From assembly GCA_040766775.1 (NCBI GenBank), contig JAXGPT010000002.1, forward strand, positions 34,607 through 98,606: DNA of 64,000 nucleotides. Direction: 5' to 3'. Below are positions 10,640 to 20,131 of this stretch, piece by piece. The translations under genes and the position numbers were made by a program. Positions within the stretch are counted from its first letter, which is position 1. Every line of letters starts with the position of its first letter. Origin of the DNA: Bacillota bacterium (lineage in GTDB: Bacteria > Bacillota > Clostridia > Ch29). The notes below the pieces were generated by a model, which was not told the DNA's origin, did not search any database, and saw only the letters and a list, made by a program, of their open reading frames with translations.

Positions 10640-10651
10640 AGGAGTGAAATG

Positions 10652-11769
10652 TATGTTGGAATTGGAACAATACAGCCAGCAGATGGAAAGCATTGAGGAA
10701 GATATGCAGGAAATGAGGGTTTCCCTTTGACGTGGACAATGCCGTTCAAAGGATTGCGGAGCTGGAAAAGGAAATGGCGGACCCCGGCTTTTGGAACGAC
10801 AGCGATAGGGCTGCTGCCACGATAGACAGTTTAAAGGGTTTGAAGTCGAGAGTGGACAAATACAACGCCGTTAATAAGGAATTTGAAGATTTAAAGGTGC
10901 TGCTTGAGCTGGCGGTGGAGGAAGAGGACGATGGTGCACTGGCATCCGAGATACAGGATAGTTTTGCCGGGTTTGTTGAACGCTTGGAGCGGCTTAAGAT
11001 TGAAACGCTGCTTAATGGCAAATATGACGATAAAAACGCAATTCTTTCGCTGCACTCGGGTGCCGGCGGGCTGGAGGCCCAGGACTGGGCGGAAATGCTG
11101 ATGAGGATGTATACCCGGTGGGCGGAGGACAAGGGATATAGGGTTAAGGTGCTGGACCTTTTGGCGGACGACGAGGGAGGAATTAAAAGTGCCACTCTGC
11201 TGGTGGAGGGAGAAAACGCCTACGGCTACCTGAAGGCGGAGAAGGGCGTGCACCGGCTGGTTCGGATTTCCCCCTTCGATTCCTCCGGCAGGAGGCATAC
11301 TTCCTTTGCTTCGTTGGATGTAATGCCGGAACTGGACGACACGGTGGAGGTGGATATAGACCCGGACGACCTGAGGATTGACACCTATAGGTCCAGCGGC
11401 GCCGGTGGGCAGCACGTGAACAAAACCGATTCCGCCGTCAGGATAACCCATATTCCCACCGGTATAGTGGTGCAGTGCCAGAACGAAAGGTCCCAGCACA
11501 GCAACCGGGAAACCGCCATGAGAATGCTTAAGTCAAAACTTTTAGAGCTTAAGGAGCGGGAACAAAAAGAAAAGATAGAGGACCTGCAGGGCGAGTACAA
11601 CCAGATTGCCTGGGGCAGCCAGATAAGGTCCTATGTATTTCACCCCTACAGTATGGTCAAGGACCACAGGACCAACGTGGAGGTGGGGAATGTAAACAGG
11701 GTAATGGACGGGGACTTGGACCCGTTTATATTTGCTTATCTTAGGGCGCAAAAGGACAGCGTGGATTAA
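10652..11769 (+). CDS. prfB: Peptide chain release factor 2, with programmed +1 frameshift
   Basis: Frame-0 leader ends at CTT TGA C (10725-10731) preceded by a GAGGG SD-like motif; +1 frame continues DVDNAVQRIAELEKEM...GGQHVNKTDSAVRITH (GGQ motif); one extra indel in the leader near 10680. Confidence 0.85.
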
Positions 11770-11781
11770 GGAGGAGAGTTT

Positions 11782-13146
11782 TTGAAGTATAATTCGAGAT
11801 TGCCTATGGGGTATGGGTACAGGTGGTTGGTATGGGGCACCATGTGCCTGGCCTATGTCATAGTGTTTTTCCACAGGATTGCCACCGGGGTGGTGGCGGA
11901 TAACCTGATGTCCGAGTTCGGGGTCACAGGGGCTGCCCTAGGCAGCTTGGGAGCGGTATACTTTTATGTCTATACCTTTATGCAGATACCCTCGGGCGTT
12001 CTTGCGGATACGCTGGGGGCAAGGATAACGGTTTCCACCGGTGCACTGGTGGCGGGTATTGGCTCAATTGTATTTGGCAGGGCGGCGGGTATAGGAATGG
12101 GCTATGCCGGCCGGTTCCTGGTGGGCCTTGGCGTGTCGGTGGTGTTTGTGGCCATACTTAAGGTGCAGTCCCAGTGGTTCAAGGAGAGCGAGTTTGCCAC
12201 CATATCCGGCCTTACCGCATTCATTGGCAACGGCGGGGCGCTGCTTGCAGGTACACCCCTTGCCCTGGCGGTGGCAAATTTCAGTTGGAGAACGGTGTTT
12301 GCAGGTATGGGCGTAATTTCGATAATGATTGCGGTGCTGTGTTACATGGTGGTAAGAAATAAGCCGGAAGACAGGGGCCTGCCGGGCATGGCCGAAGTTG
12401 AAGGAAATAAGCTCGAGGCTTCCCCGGACAGGCCGCGGATATTAAGCAGCATCGGGACGGTCATTACCAACAGGCACACCTGGCCGGGGTTTATTGCCTT
12501 CGCCGGGCTTTCTGGGTCAATACTGTCCTTCAGCGGCATGTGGGGCGTGCCCTATATAATGACTGTCTACGGCTTGGACAAGGCAGCGGCCTCCTCCTAT
12601 GTAATGGCCGCAACGGCGGGGGTAATGGTTGGAAGCCTCGCTTCCGGCCTTATTTCCGATAAGACGGGGAAAAGGAAGGGCCCCCTTTTGGCGTTTTGCC
12701 TGGCAAACCTTGCCGTATGGTCGGTACTGGTGCTGTGGAATAATGGAAAGCCGCCGGTTGAATTCCTATACCCGCTGCTTTTTATGCTGGGTTTTACAGC
12801 CACCGGGTATGTTATCACCTGGGCTTATGCAAAGGAAGTCAACCCGCCGCATATTGCCGGGATAACGCTGGGCACCTTTAATATAGCCGGTTTTTTGGGG
12901 CCGTCCATACTGCAGCCCCTTATGGGGTTTGTGCTTGACATGAACTGGGCAGGCCAGGTGATGGGCGGAACCAGGGTGTATTCCCAGGCTGCCTATGCAA
13001 AGGCGCTGTCGCTTTGCGCCGCGGCGGTACTTGTATCGGCGGTGGGGGCCGCTTTTGTCAGCGAAACCAATGGTCGGAATGTTTATAACGCAGAGGGGCG
13101 GCGGTCCCTGGACAAAACGGGGGTGTTATCCAATGATGCTAATTAA
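11782..13146 (+). CDS. MFS transporter
   Basis: 454 aa, ~12 predicted TM segments; TTG start with AAGGAGGAG RBS. Confidence 0.7.
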   Translation: MKYNSRLPMGYGYRWLVWGTMCLAYVIVFFHRIATGVVADNLMSEFGVTGAALGSLGAVYFYVYTFMQIPSGVLADTLGARITVSTGALVAGIGSIVFGRAAGIGMGYAGRFLVGLGVSVVFVAILKVQSQWFKESEFATISGLTAFIGNGGALLAGTPLALAVANFSWRTVFAGMGVISIMIAVLCYMVVRNKPEDRGLPGMAEVEGNKLEASPDRPRILSSIGTVITNRHTWPGFIAFAGLSGSILSFSGMWGVPYIMTVYGLDKAAASSYVMAATAGVMVGSLASGLISDKTGKRKGPLLAFCLANLAVWSVLVLWNNGKPPVEFLYPLLFMLGFTATGYVITWAYAKEVNPPHIAGITLGTFNIAGFLGPSILQPLMGFVLDMNWAGQVMGGTRVYSQAAYAKALSLCAAAVLVSAVGAAFVSETNGRNVYNAEGRRSLDKTGVLSNDAN

Positions 13147-14293
13147 GGGTGGAAAGGTTTTTACAATGGAGGGAGAAGTCCTCGACGGGGGATTTGTACT
13201 TATAGAAAAGGGCAGGATATCCAAAGTAGGGCAGGGGGAACCGCCGGGGCGTTACCTTGATATGGCACAGCTAATTGACGCCGAAGGAATGTTCATAATG
13301 CCGGGGTTTGTGGATGCCCACTGCCATATTGGTCTTTTTGAGGACGGCATAGGCTTTGAAGGGGAGGACGGTAACGAGGCGACCGACCCGGTAACGCCCC
13401 ATTTGAGGGCCATAGATGCTATAAACCCCATGGACAGAGCCTTTGAGGAAGCGGTCCGGGGCGGTGTAACCACGGCGGTGACCGGGCCTGGCAGCGCAAA
13501 CGTGCTGGGCGGAGAGTTTGTGGCGATAAAAACGGTGGGCGGCAGCGTTGAGGACATGGTTATAAAAAACCCCGTCGCCATTAAGTGCGCCTTCGGGGAA
13601 AACCCAAAAAGGGTGTACTATGAGAAAAAGACCGCTCCGATGACCCGGATGGCAACGGCGGCCCTGCTGCGGGAAGCCCTTATGAAGGCAAAGAGGTACA
13701 TGGAAAGAAAGGAACGGGCCAAGGAGGACAAGCAGCCGGAACTGGATGTGAAAATGGAATCGCTTGTAAGGGTGCTTAGGAAGGAGCTGCCGCTCAAGGC
13801 CCATGCCCACAGGGCGGATGATATAATGACCGCCCTTAGGATAGCCCGGGAGTTTGACATAGACATGACCATAGAGCACTGCACCGAGGGGCACAGGATA
13901 ACCGAGACGCTGGTGCGCGAGGGACGAGGCCTTGTGGTGGGTCCCGGTCTTAGCTCCCGGTCCAAGTATGAGCTTAGGGACCTAACTTTCAAGACTCCGA
14001 GCATCCTGTCGGCTGCCGGCCTGGATATAGCCATTATGACCGACCATCCGGTGATACCCATACAATACCTGCCGGTGTGCGCGGCCCTTGCGGTGAAGGA
14101 AGGTATGGACGAGTACAAGGCCCTGGAGGCCATTACAATAAATCCAGCCAGGATTACCGGCATAGCCGACAGGGTAGGGAGCCTGTTGCCGGGGAAGGAT
14201 GCGGATATAGCCATTTTTGACGGGCACCCCTTCAACTATACCACCAAGGCCCGGTATGTAATAGTAAACGGCAACCTAGTGTATAGTAATTAG
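13133..14293 (+). CDS. Amidohydrolase-family metal-dependent hydrolase
   Basis: MMLIKGGKVF...FVDAHCHIG, typical amidohydrolase N-terminus; ORF track extends upstream but overlaps the MFS gene. Confidence 0.65.
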   Translation: MMLIKGGKVFTMEGEVLDGGFVLIEKGRISKVGQGEPPGRYLDMAQLIDAEGMFIMPGFVDAHCHIGLFEDGIGFEGEDGNEATDPVTPHLRAIDAINPMDRAFEEAVRGGVTTAVTGPGSANVLGGEFVAIKTVGGSVEDMVIKNPVAIKCAFGENPKRVYYEKKTAPMTRMATAALLREALMKAKRYMERKERAKEDKQPELDVKMESLVRVLRKELPLKAHAHRADDIMTALRIAREFDIDMTIEHCTEGHRITETLVREGRGLVVGPGLSSRSKYELRDLTFKTPSILSAAGLDIAIMTDHPVIPIQYLPVCAALAVKEGMDEYKALEAITINPARITGIADRVGSLLPGKDADIAIFDGHPFNYTTKARYVIVNGNLVYSN

Positions 14294-14341
14294 TGAACTG
14301 TTTCCGGCTGAAGAATATGAACATGGACTGGAAGTGGGTGT

Positions 14342-14821
14342 ATGAAATATTCCTTTGTAAGCAAAAGCCCTGGGGATACCTTGAAGTTTGGCATACGCCT
14401 GGGAAAGCATTTGAAGCCCGGGGACGTGGTATGCCTTGAAGGGGAGCTTGGAGCCGGCAAAACGGTATTAACCGGTGGTATAGCCAAGGGATTGGGTATA
14501 ATAACCGGTGTGACCAGCCCTACCTATACAATTATTAACGAGTACCCGGGCGAGATACCCCTTTACCACATTGACCTTTACCGGCTGGAGGACGGGGATG
14601 AGTTCTACTATATAGGCGGGGAGGACCTTTTGTACGGACAGGGGGTATCGGTGATTGAATGGGCATCCCGGGCGGAGGGGATTCTGCCGGAGGACTGCCT
14701 GTGGATCAGCCTCAAGAGACTTGACGAATCCAAAGATTTTAGGCTTATAGAACTTACGGTTGCCGAAAAACACAGGGACTTTTTGGAGAGGGTGTCAAAG
14801 AGTGAAAATACTGGCCATTGA
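14342..14821 (+). CDS. tsaE: tRNA t6A biosynthesis ATPase TsaE (YdiB/YjeE)
   Basis: P-loop GELGAGKT; size and synteny with tsaB-rimI-tsaD. Confidence 0.85.
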   Translation: MKYSFVSKSPGDTLKFGIRLGKHLKPGDVVCLEGELGAGKTVLTGGIAKGLGIITGVTSPTYTIINEYPGEIPLYHIDLYRLEDGDEFYYIGGEDLLYGQGVSVIEWASRAEGILPEDCLWISLKRLDESKDFRLIELTVAEKHRDFLERVSKSENTGH

Positions 14822-15518
14822 TACTTCCTCAATGGTGGCTTCTGCCGCCGTGATGGATGGGCAAAAACTTTTAGCTGAGTACATAGTAAACCATAAAAGG
14901 ACCCATTCGGAGCAGCTTATGCCCATTATTGAGAAAGTGCTTGAAAGCAGCGGCACCGGCATCCGGGAGATTGACGCAATAGCGGTGGCCAGCGGGCCGG
15001 GGTCCTTCACCGGTCTTAGGATAGGGGCTGCCACCGCAAAGGGGCTGGCCCACGCCCGGGGCATCAAGATTGTGGGAGTTCCCACCCTTGACGGCTTGGC
15101 CTTTAATTTGCCCCACTGCCAGGGTATTATCTGCCCGATAATGGACGCAAGAAGGAACCAGGTATATACCGCCCTTTATAAATGGGATAGGGGGGGCTTT
15201 TACAAGCTAATGACCCACTGCGCAATCGCCCTTTCGGAACTATTAGAGGAAATAAAAAGAAGAGAGGAGAGGGTTGTGTTCCTGGGGGATGGCGTTCCTG
15301 TACACCGGGAAACCATCAAGAAGGAATTGGGGGAAAGGGCCGATTTTGCACCCAAAAACGCCGACAGGCAGAGGGCGTCCTCCATCGCCGAACTAGCCCT
15401 CCAGGCACTGGAGCGGGGGGAAGGCCAGGACCCGGAATCCTTTGTACCATTCTATTTGAGGAAATCCCAAGCCGAAAGGGAATACGACAGAAAAACCAGG
15501 CCGGAGGGCTGCCTATGA
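14802..15518 (+). CDS. tsaB: tRNA t6A biosynthesis protein TsaB (YdiC/YeaZ)
   Basis: KILAIDTSS...GPGSFTGLRIG motif; GTG start at 14802. Confidence 0.8.
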   Translation: MKILAIDTSSMVASAAVMDGQKLLAEYIVNHKRTHSEQLMPIIEKVLESSGTGIREIDAIAVASGPGSFTGLRIGAATAKGLAHARGIKIVGVPTLDGLAFNLPHCQGIICPIMDARRNQVYTALYKWDRGGFYKLMTHCAIALSELLEEIKRREERVVFLGDGVPVHRETIKKELGERADFAPKNADRQRASSIAELALQALERGEGQDPESFVPFYLRKSQAEREYDRKTRPEGCL

Positions 15519-15967
15519 ACAACCCGGCCATTTCACCCATGCGCATAGAGGACCTGGATGATATTGAGACCATTGAGAATTTGAGCTTCCAGGCACCCTG
15601 GCCCAGGCAGGCCTTTGTACGGGAACTCTGCGAAAACACCCTCGCCCGTGATTTTACCGTAAGGGATAACGGCAGGGCGGTGGCCTATGGCGGGATGTGG
15701 CTAATACTGGACGAGGCCCATATAACCAACATCGCGGTGCATCCCCGGTACCGGGGAGAGGGAATAGGCAAGGCACTGCTTAAGGGCATGATTGATTATG
15801 GTATCTCAAAGGGAATAAAAAGCTTTACCCTAGAGGTAAGGGAAAGCAATCATGTGGCCATAGCGCTGTACAGCCGGCTGGGTTTTAAAAGGGTAGGCGC
15901 CAGGAAGGATTATTATTCCGATACGAGGGAAGATGCGATAATAATGTGGCTGCGTATTCCGGATTAA
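15515..15967 (+). CDS. rimI: Ribosomal-protein-alanine N-acetyltransferase RimI (GNAT)
   Basis: GNAT acetyl-CoA motif RGEGIGKALL; between tsaB and tsaD. Confidence 0.8.
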   Translation: MNNPAISPMRIEDLDDIETIENLSFQAPWPRQAFVRELCENTLARDFTVRDNGRAVAYGGMWLILDEAHITNIAVHPRYRGEGIGKALLKGMIDYGISKGIKSFTLEVRESNHVAIALYSRLGFKRVGARKDYYSDTREDAIIMWLRIPD

Positions 15968-16164
15968 GTGGATTCCTTCTTGTTCTCCCGGTCCGGGGAA
16001 TCCTTATCCTTACCGGGGCCCGACAAACTTTTTAGCTGTTCAAAGTCGGTGTTTTGCGGCATGAGGTTTGTACCATCAAGGCTTTCTATCCTGGAAAAGG
16101 CCGCGTCGGTAAACACGTTTGCCCTATACGCCCTCTCGACAAGGGTCTTTTTTCGTTTTCCCAT
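15964..16164 (-). CDS. Small hypothetical protein (66 aa)
   Basis: Strong RBS AAGGAGGG 7 nt before the ATG on the minus strand. Confidence 0.4.
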   Translation of the reverse strand: MGKRKKTLVERAYRANVFTDAAFSRIESLDGTNLMPQNTDFEQLKSLSGPGKDKDSPDRENKKEST

Positions 16165-16245
16165 AATATTTCCCTCCTTATATTATTATCTTTTCTCCCG
16201 GTGGTGTATAATATATGTGTGATTTTTTGGAGAAGGGGAAAGGAT

Positions 16246-17313
16246 ATGTCGTATTTGAAAGCAGCGGCAAAAAAATTGGAAAAGTTCAAGAACGGACAGG
16301 ATACAATTATCCTTGCGGTGGAGACTTCCTGTGACGAGACCTCCTGCGCGGTTTTGAAAAACGGCCGGGAGGCCCTTTCAAACGTGATATCCACACAGGT
16401 AGATATTCACAGGAAATACGGCGGTGTGGTTCCCGAGATTGCCTCCCGGAAGCACATAGAGCTTATTGACTACGTGATTGACCAAGCGCTGCGGGAGGCG
16501 GGAGTATCGCTGCGGGATTTGGATGCGGTAGCGGTCACCAACGGCCCGGGGCTTGTGGGGGCGCTGCTGGTGGGTGTTTCCCATGCCAAGGCGATGGCCT
16601 TTGCACTGGGGGTGCCGCTGGTGGGGGTGCATCATATAGAGGGACATATTTGTGCCAATTACGTGCAGCACAAGGACCTGGAGCCCCCCTTCGTCTGCCT
16701 GGTGGTCTCCGGGGGGCACAGCCACCTTGTACATGTCAAGGACTATGGGCGGTATGAGATACTGGGCAGGACAAGGGACGATGCCGCCGGGGAAGCCTTT
16801 GACAAGGTGGCCCGGGCACTGGGACTGGGGTATCCCGGCGGGCCGCTGATTGAAAGGGAAGCCCGAAAGGGCGACCCCGAAGCGGTGGACTTCCCAAGGA
16901 CTTACCTTGAGGCGGGAAGCCTGGACTTCAGTTTCAGCGGCTTAAAGACCGCGGTGTTGAACCATTTGAATCAGTGCAGGCAAACAGGCCGGCCGGTTAA
17001 CACCGCCGATATTGCGGCGAGTTTTCAGAGCGCGGTAGTAGAGGTGCTTGTGAACAAAACCATGGCGGCGGCCAAAAAATGCGGTACCGGTGTTGTGGCC
17101 CTTGCCGGGGGCGTTGCGTCAAACGGAAGGCTGCGCATGGAGTTTGAAAACCGGTGTGCCGACGAAGGACTGCAGCTTAGATACCCTTCCAGGGTCCTGT
17201 GTACCGACAATGCAGCCATGATTGGTGCGGCGGGCTATTACAGGCTTTGCAAGGGGCTGGCAAGCCCTATGACTCTTAATGCGGTAGCTTCAATGGAAAT
17301 TGATTCTTATTAA
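16246..17313 (+). CDS. tsaD: tRNA N6-adenosine threonylcarbamoyltransferase TsaD (Gcp/YgjD)
   Basis: [14 protein letters not shown]...HIEGH motifs; ATG 16246 with GGAGAAGGGGAAAGG RBS; TATAAT at ~16208. Confidence 0.85.
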   Translation: MSYLKAAAKKLEKFKNGQDTIILAVETSCDETSCAVLKNGREALSNVISTQVDIHRKYGGVVPEIASRKHIELIDYVIDQALREAGVSLRDLDAVAVTNGPGLVGALLVGVSHAKAMAFALGVPLVGVHHIEGHICANYVQHKDLEPPFVCLVVSGGHSHLVHVKDYGRYEILGRTRDDAAGEAFDKVARALGLGYPGGPLIEREARKGDPEAVDFPRTYLEAGSLDFSFSGLKTAVLNHLNQCRQTGRPVNTADIAASFQSAVVEVLVNKTMAAAKKCGTGVVALAGGVASNGRLRMEFENRCADEGLQLRYPSRVLCTDNAAMIGAAGYYRLCKGLASPMTLNAVASMEIDSY

Positions 17314-17373
17314 GCAAAAATCTTATGTTTACCTTCCCGGGGAAGTTTTTGTTGGTAACCGGGGTGGGGAATT

Positions 17374-17484
17374 TGTGGATATTGTGGACATGCCCGGCCG
17401 TGACAGCGAAAAACCCTTTTAATTGTTGTGGATAAACTTGTGGACGGTGTGGACAGTTTGCGGAAATATAAATAATTATCCACA
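17374..17484. promoter_or_regulatory. DnaA-box cluster downstream of tsaD/gcp
   Basis: TTATCCACA perfect at 17476-17484 (+) and 17427-17435 (-); near boxes at 17374-82, 17384-92, 17439-47, 17448-56; sits between convergent tsaD and bioY. Confidence 0.6.
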
Positions 17485-17599
17485 AGCTGTGTTGGTTCCA
17501 TAATCTTTATGCAACTATTATATGACGCAAAATGTAAGACCGGCTGTTCTAAACAGCCGGTAGCAATGGTCATTTAGCAGAAGCTTATGAGCCGGAAAT

Positions 17600-18138
17600 A
17601 TTCAAAAGATTTTGCTTTATAAGGATTGTGCGCACGGAGCAGGCAACGGCGGCGCCCAGGGCAATCTTTATGATGGCTATGCCAATAAAGGGGAACACCC
17701 CGGCCATAAAAGCGGCCTTAAGCGTTATATCCAGCACCAGCGAAAGCTGCAGCATACCTGAGTATAGATTACACACAGCCCGCACAGCATGGCAAGAAAT
17801 GTACCGGTCAGCGTGGGAAGGGGCCTTTGTTCCACAATCTTTCCAATAACAAAGGAAGACAGCAAAAAACCCGTTATATAGCCCCCGGTAGGACCCATCA
17901 GCCGGGCAAGTCCGGCGGTACCCCCGGAGAAAACGGGCATTCCGATTATTCCGACGGCTATGTATATTAACTGGGAAAGCGTTGCCAGTCGGCTTCCGAG
18001 TATTGCCGCAGCAAGGCATACCGCCAGTTCCTGCATTGTTATTGGTACAGGACTTATGGGCAGTGGAATTGTAACCTGGGCGAAAATTGCTGTTAGTGCT
18101 GCAAACATTGATACAAGTATCATATCTTTTGTTTTCAC
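17600..18138 (-). CDS. bioY: Biotin transporter BioY (frameshifted near the 3' end)
   Basis: N-terminal 137 aa match BioY (PITMQELAV...GGTAGLARLMGPTGGYITGF); C-terminal part continues in another frame. Confidence 0.65.
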
Positions 18139-18245
18139 TTATTTCATCCTTTCTAACCGGGAAAACGGCTGTTTTGCATTCCTCGCCTAAATATCAGGAG
18201 CGGAGGCGTCGGAAGTCTATTTAATTATAAATGCAGCGGTTGCAA

Positions 18246-18321
18246 TTGTCAACCATAACCCGATGTAAGGTTAACAATAATAATGGTTGATTGACTATAC
18301 ACCGGGGATTGTATACAATAG
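18246..18321 (+). promoter_or_regulatory. Candidate GntR-type operators upstream of the GntR gene
   Basis: ATTGTATACAAT 12-nt perfect palindrome at 18310-18321; inverted repeat TTGTCAACCAT (18246-56) / ATGGTTGATTGAC (18283-95). Confidence 0.45.
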
Positions 18322-18349
18322 AGTCAATAAAGGAGGTTTCGGATGTGCC

Positions 18350-19009
18350 ATGAAAAGAGGGGTCGGCCAGGGAGGGTATTCTCTGAGGGAGAAGATTTTT
18401 CTCAAGCTTCGCCAGGATATTCTTGATGGCAAGTACAAGGCCGGGGACAGCCTGGTTGAGTTGAAACTGGCTGAAGAGATGGGTGTAAGCAGGACGCCGG
18501 TACGAGAAGCCATAAGGCAGTTGGAACTGGAGGGGCTGGTCTACAGCATTCCCAACAAGGGTGTTTTCGTGGAAGGAATCACCGGCCAGGACATTGAGGA
18601 TATATACGCAATACGGGAATGCATGGAAGGCTTGGCAGCCCGGTGGGCAATTGAAAGGATGGACGAACAATCCCTCAAGGAGTTGGAAAATTTATGCGAG
18701 CTGATGGAGTTCTATACCGGTAAGGGCGACCTGGACCGGGTGGGGGAACTAAATTCAAAGTTCCACGACTTGATATTCGAATCAACCAAAAGCAAGCCCC
18801 TGAAGCAGATACTCATCGATTTCCAGTATTACATAGGCAATATCCGGCTTGCTTCATTGAAGTCCCCCGGCAGGGCTGAACAGTCCCTTAAAGAGCACAA
18901 GGCCATAGTAGAGGCTTTTAAGGACAGGGATGTCGAAAGGGGAGAAAGGGTTTTGGTGGAACATATCAGGAATACAAGGCTCAACTATGAGAAAATGCGC
19001 AAGGACTAG
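18350..19009 (+). CDS. GntR/FadR-family transcriptional regulator (HTH + FCD domain)
   Basis: N-terminal winged-HTH ...LAEEMGVSRTPVREAIRQLELEGLV..., C-terminal FCD-like helices. Confidence 0.75.
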   Translation: MKRGVGQGGYSLREKIFLKLRQDILDGKYKAGDSLVELKLAEEMGVSRTPVREAIRQLELEGLVYSIPNKGVFVEGITGQDIEDIYAIRECMEGLAARWAIERMDEQSLKELENLCELMEFYTGKGDLDRVGELNSKFHDLIFESTKSKPLKQILIDFQYYIGNIRLASLKSPGRAEQSLKEHKAIVEAFKDRDVERGERVLVEHIRNTRLNYEKMRKD

Positions 19010-19096
19010 AACCGCTGCTTCCGGCCCGGGAAGATGTAAGCGCTACGGAATAAAGGATGCATAATCAAGGATATTCGGACCCGGCTTCAACCGGGT

Positions 19097-20131
19097 TTGT
19101 TTAATGGGAATTACCAAGCCAATATCAATTTGCAAGGAGTGATTATTATCAAAAGGATAGCTGTAGTTACCACCGGGGGAACCATTGCCATGAAGGCGGA
19201 CCATACCGGTCTTGCCAGTCCCTCCTTAAGCGGCGATGACTTAATAGCTGCCATACCTTCGCTGAAGAAAAGGGCGGCCGTTGACGTGTTTGCTTTCTGT
19301 AATGTTCCCAGTTCATACATTACCATGGACCACCTTGTCCGGTTAAGAAATTATATTGATCAGTTGGGAGAGCAGGGTTATGCAGGAGTAGTTGTAACCC
19401 ATGGCACCGATACAATGGAGGAGACGGCATATTTCCTGGATTTAACGATGCAAAGCAGTATTCCGGTTGTGTTAACCGGTGCCCAGAGGAACCCGTCTCT
19501 GGTTAGTTCCGACGGTCCGGCAAACCTGCTGGATTCAATCCTGGTGGCGGCGGATGACAGGGCGCACGAAATGGGGGTGCTCATTGTTTTTGCTTCCGAA
19601 ATTGTTGCGGCAAGAGAGGCTACCAAGTTTCACAGGACCAGGGTGGACACCTTCAAGAGCTTGGAGTTCGGACCCATGGGGGCAGTAAACAACGACAGGG
19701 TTATATGGTGTAGGAAGCCGCAGCGGGAGCCAAGGTACATAATTGAGAAGGCTGACAAAAGGGTGGACATAGTGAACTGTTATATCGGAGCCGATTCTGC
19801 CATGATATACAGCAGCCTGGAAAAGGGTACCGAGGGTATAGTGATAGAAGCCCTGGGCGCCGGTCACGTGGCACCGGCAATGCTGGAAGGAATAAAAAGC
19901 GCCCTTGAAAAGGGCGTACCGGTGGTGCTGACCTCAAGGGTTCCCGTGGGCAGGCTGCTCACCGATACCTACGGGTACGAAGGGGGCGAGAAGCATGCCT
20001 GCAGCCTGGGGGTAATACTGGGCGAAGACCTTTCGGCATGGAAAGCGAGGATAAAGCTTATTGTACTATTATCCGCAGGCCTATCGCCCACCCAGATAAG
20101 GCGTGAATTCGAGCATAGGTTTTACGACTAG
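19097..20131 (+). CDS. ansA: L-asparaginase
   Basis: IAVVTTGGTIAM...VVTHGTDTMEETAYFL motifs; true start likely internal near 19139. Confidence 0.8.
   Translation: MFNGNYQANINLQGVIIIKRIAVVTTGGTIAMKADHTGLASPSLSGDDLIAAIPSLKKRAAVDVFAFCNVPSSYITMDHLVRLRNYIDQLGEQGYAGVVVTHGTDTMEETAYFLDLTMQSSIPVVLTGAQRNPSLVSSDGPANLLDSILVAADDRAHEMGVLIVFASEIVAAREATKFHRTRVDTFKSLEFGPMGAVNNDRVIWCRKPQREPRYIIEKADKRVDIVNCYIGADSAMIYSSLEKGTEGIVIEALGAGHVAPAMLEGIKSALEKGVPVVLTSRVPVGRLLTDTYGYEGGEKHACSLGVILGEDLSAWKARIKLIVLLSAGLSPTQIRREFEHRFYD

Noticed and set aside
13252-14235. Several 100-200-aa minus-strand ORFs opposite the amidohydrolase gene
   Set aside because: They are antisense shadows in a GC-rich coding region; the plus-strand amidohydrolase has recognisable motifs.
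17585-18019. 144-aa minus-strand ORF read as a separate protein
   Set aside because: It is the frameshifted continuation of bioY.
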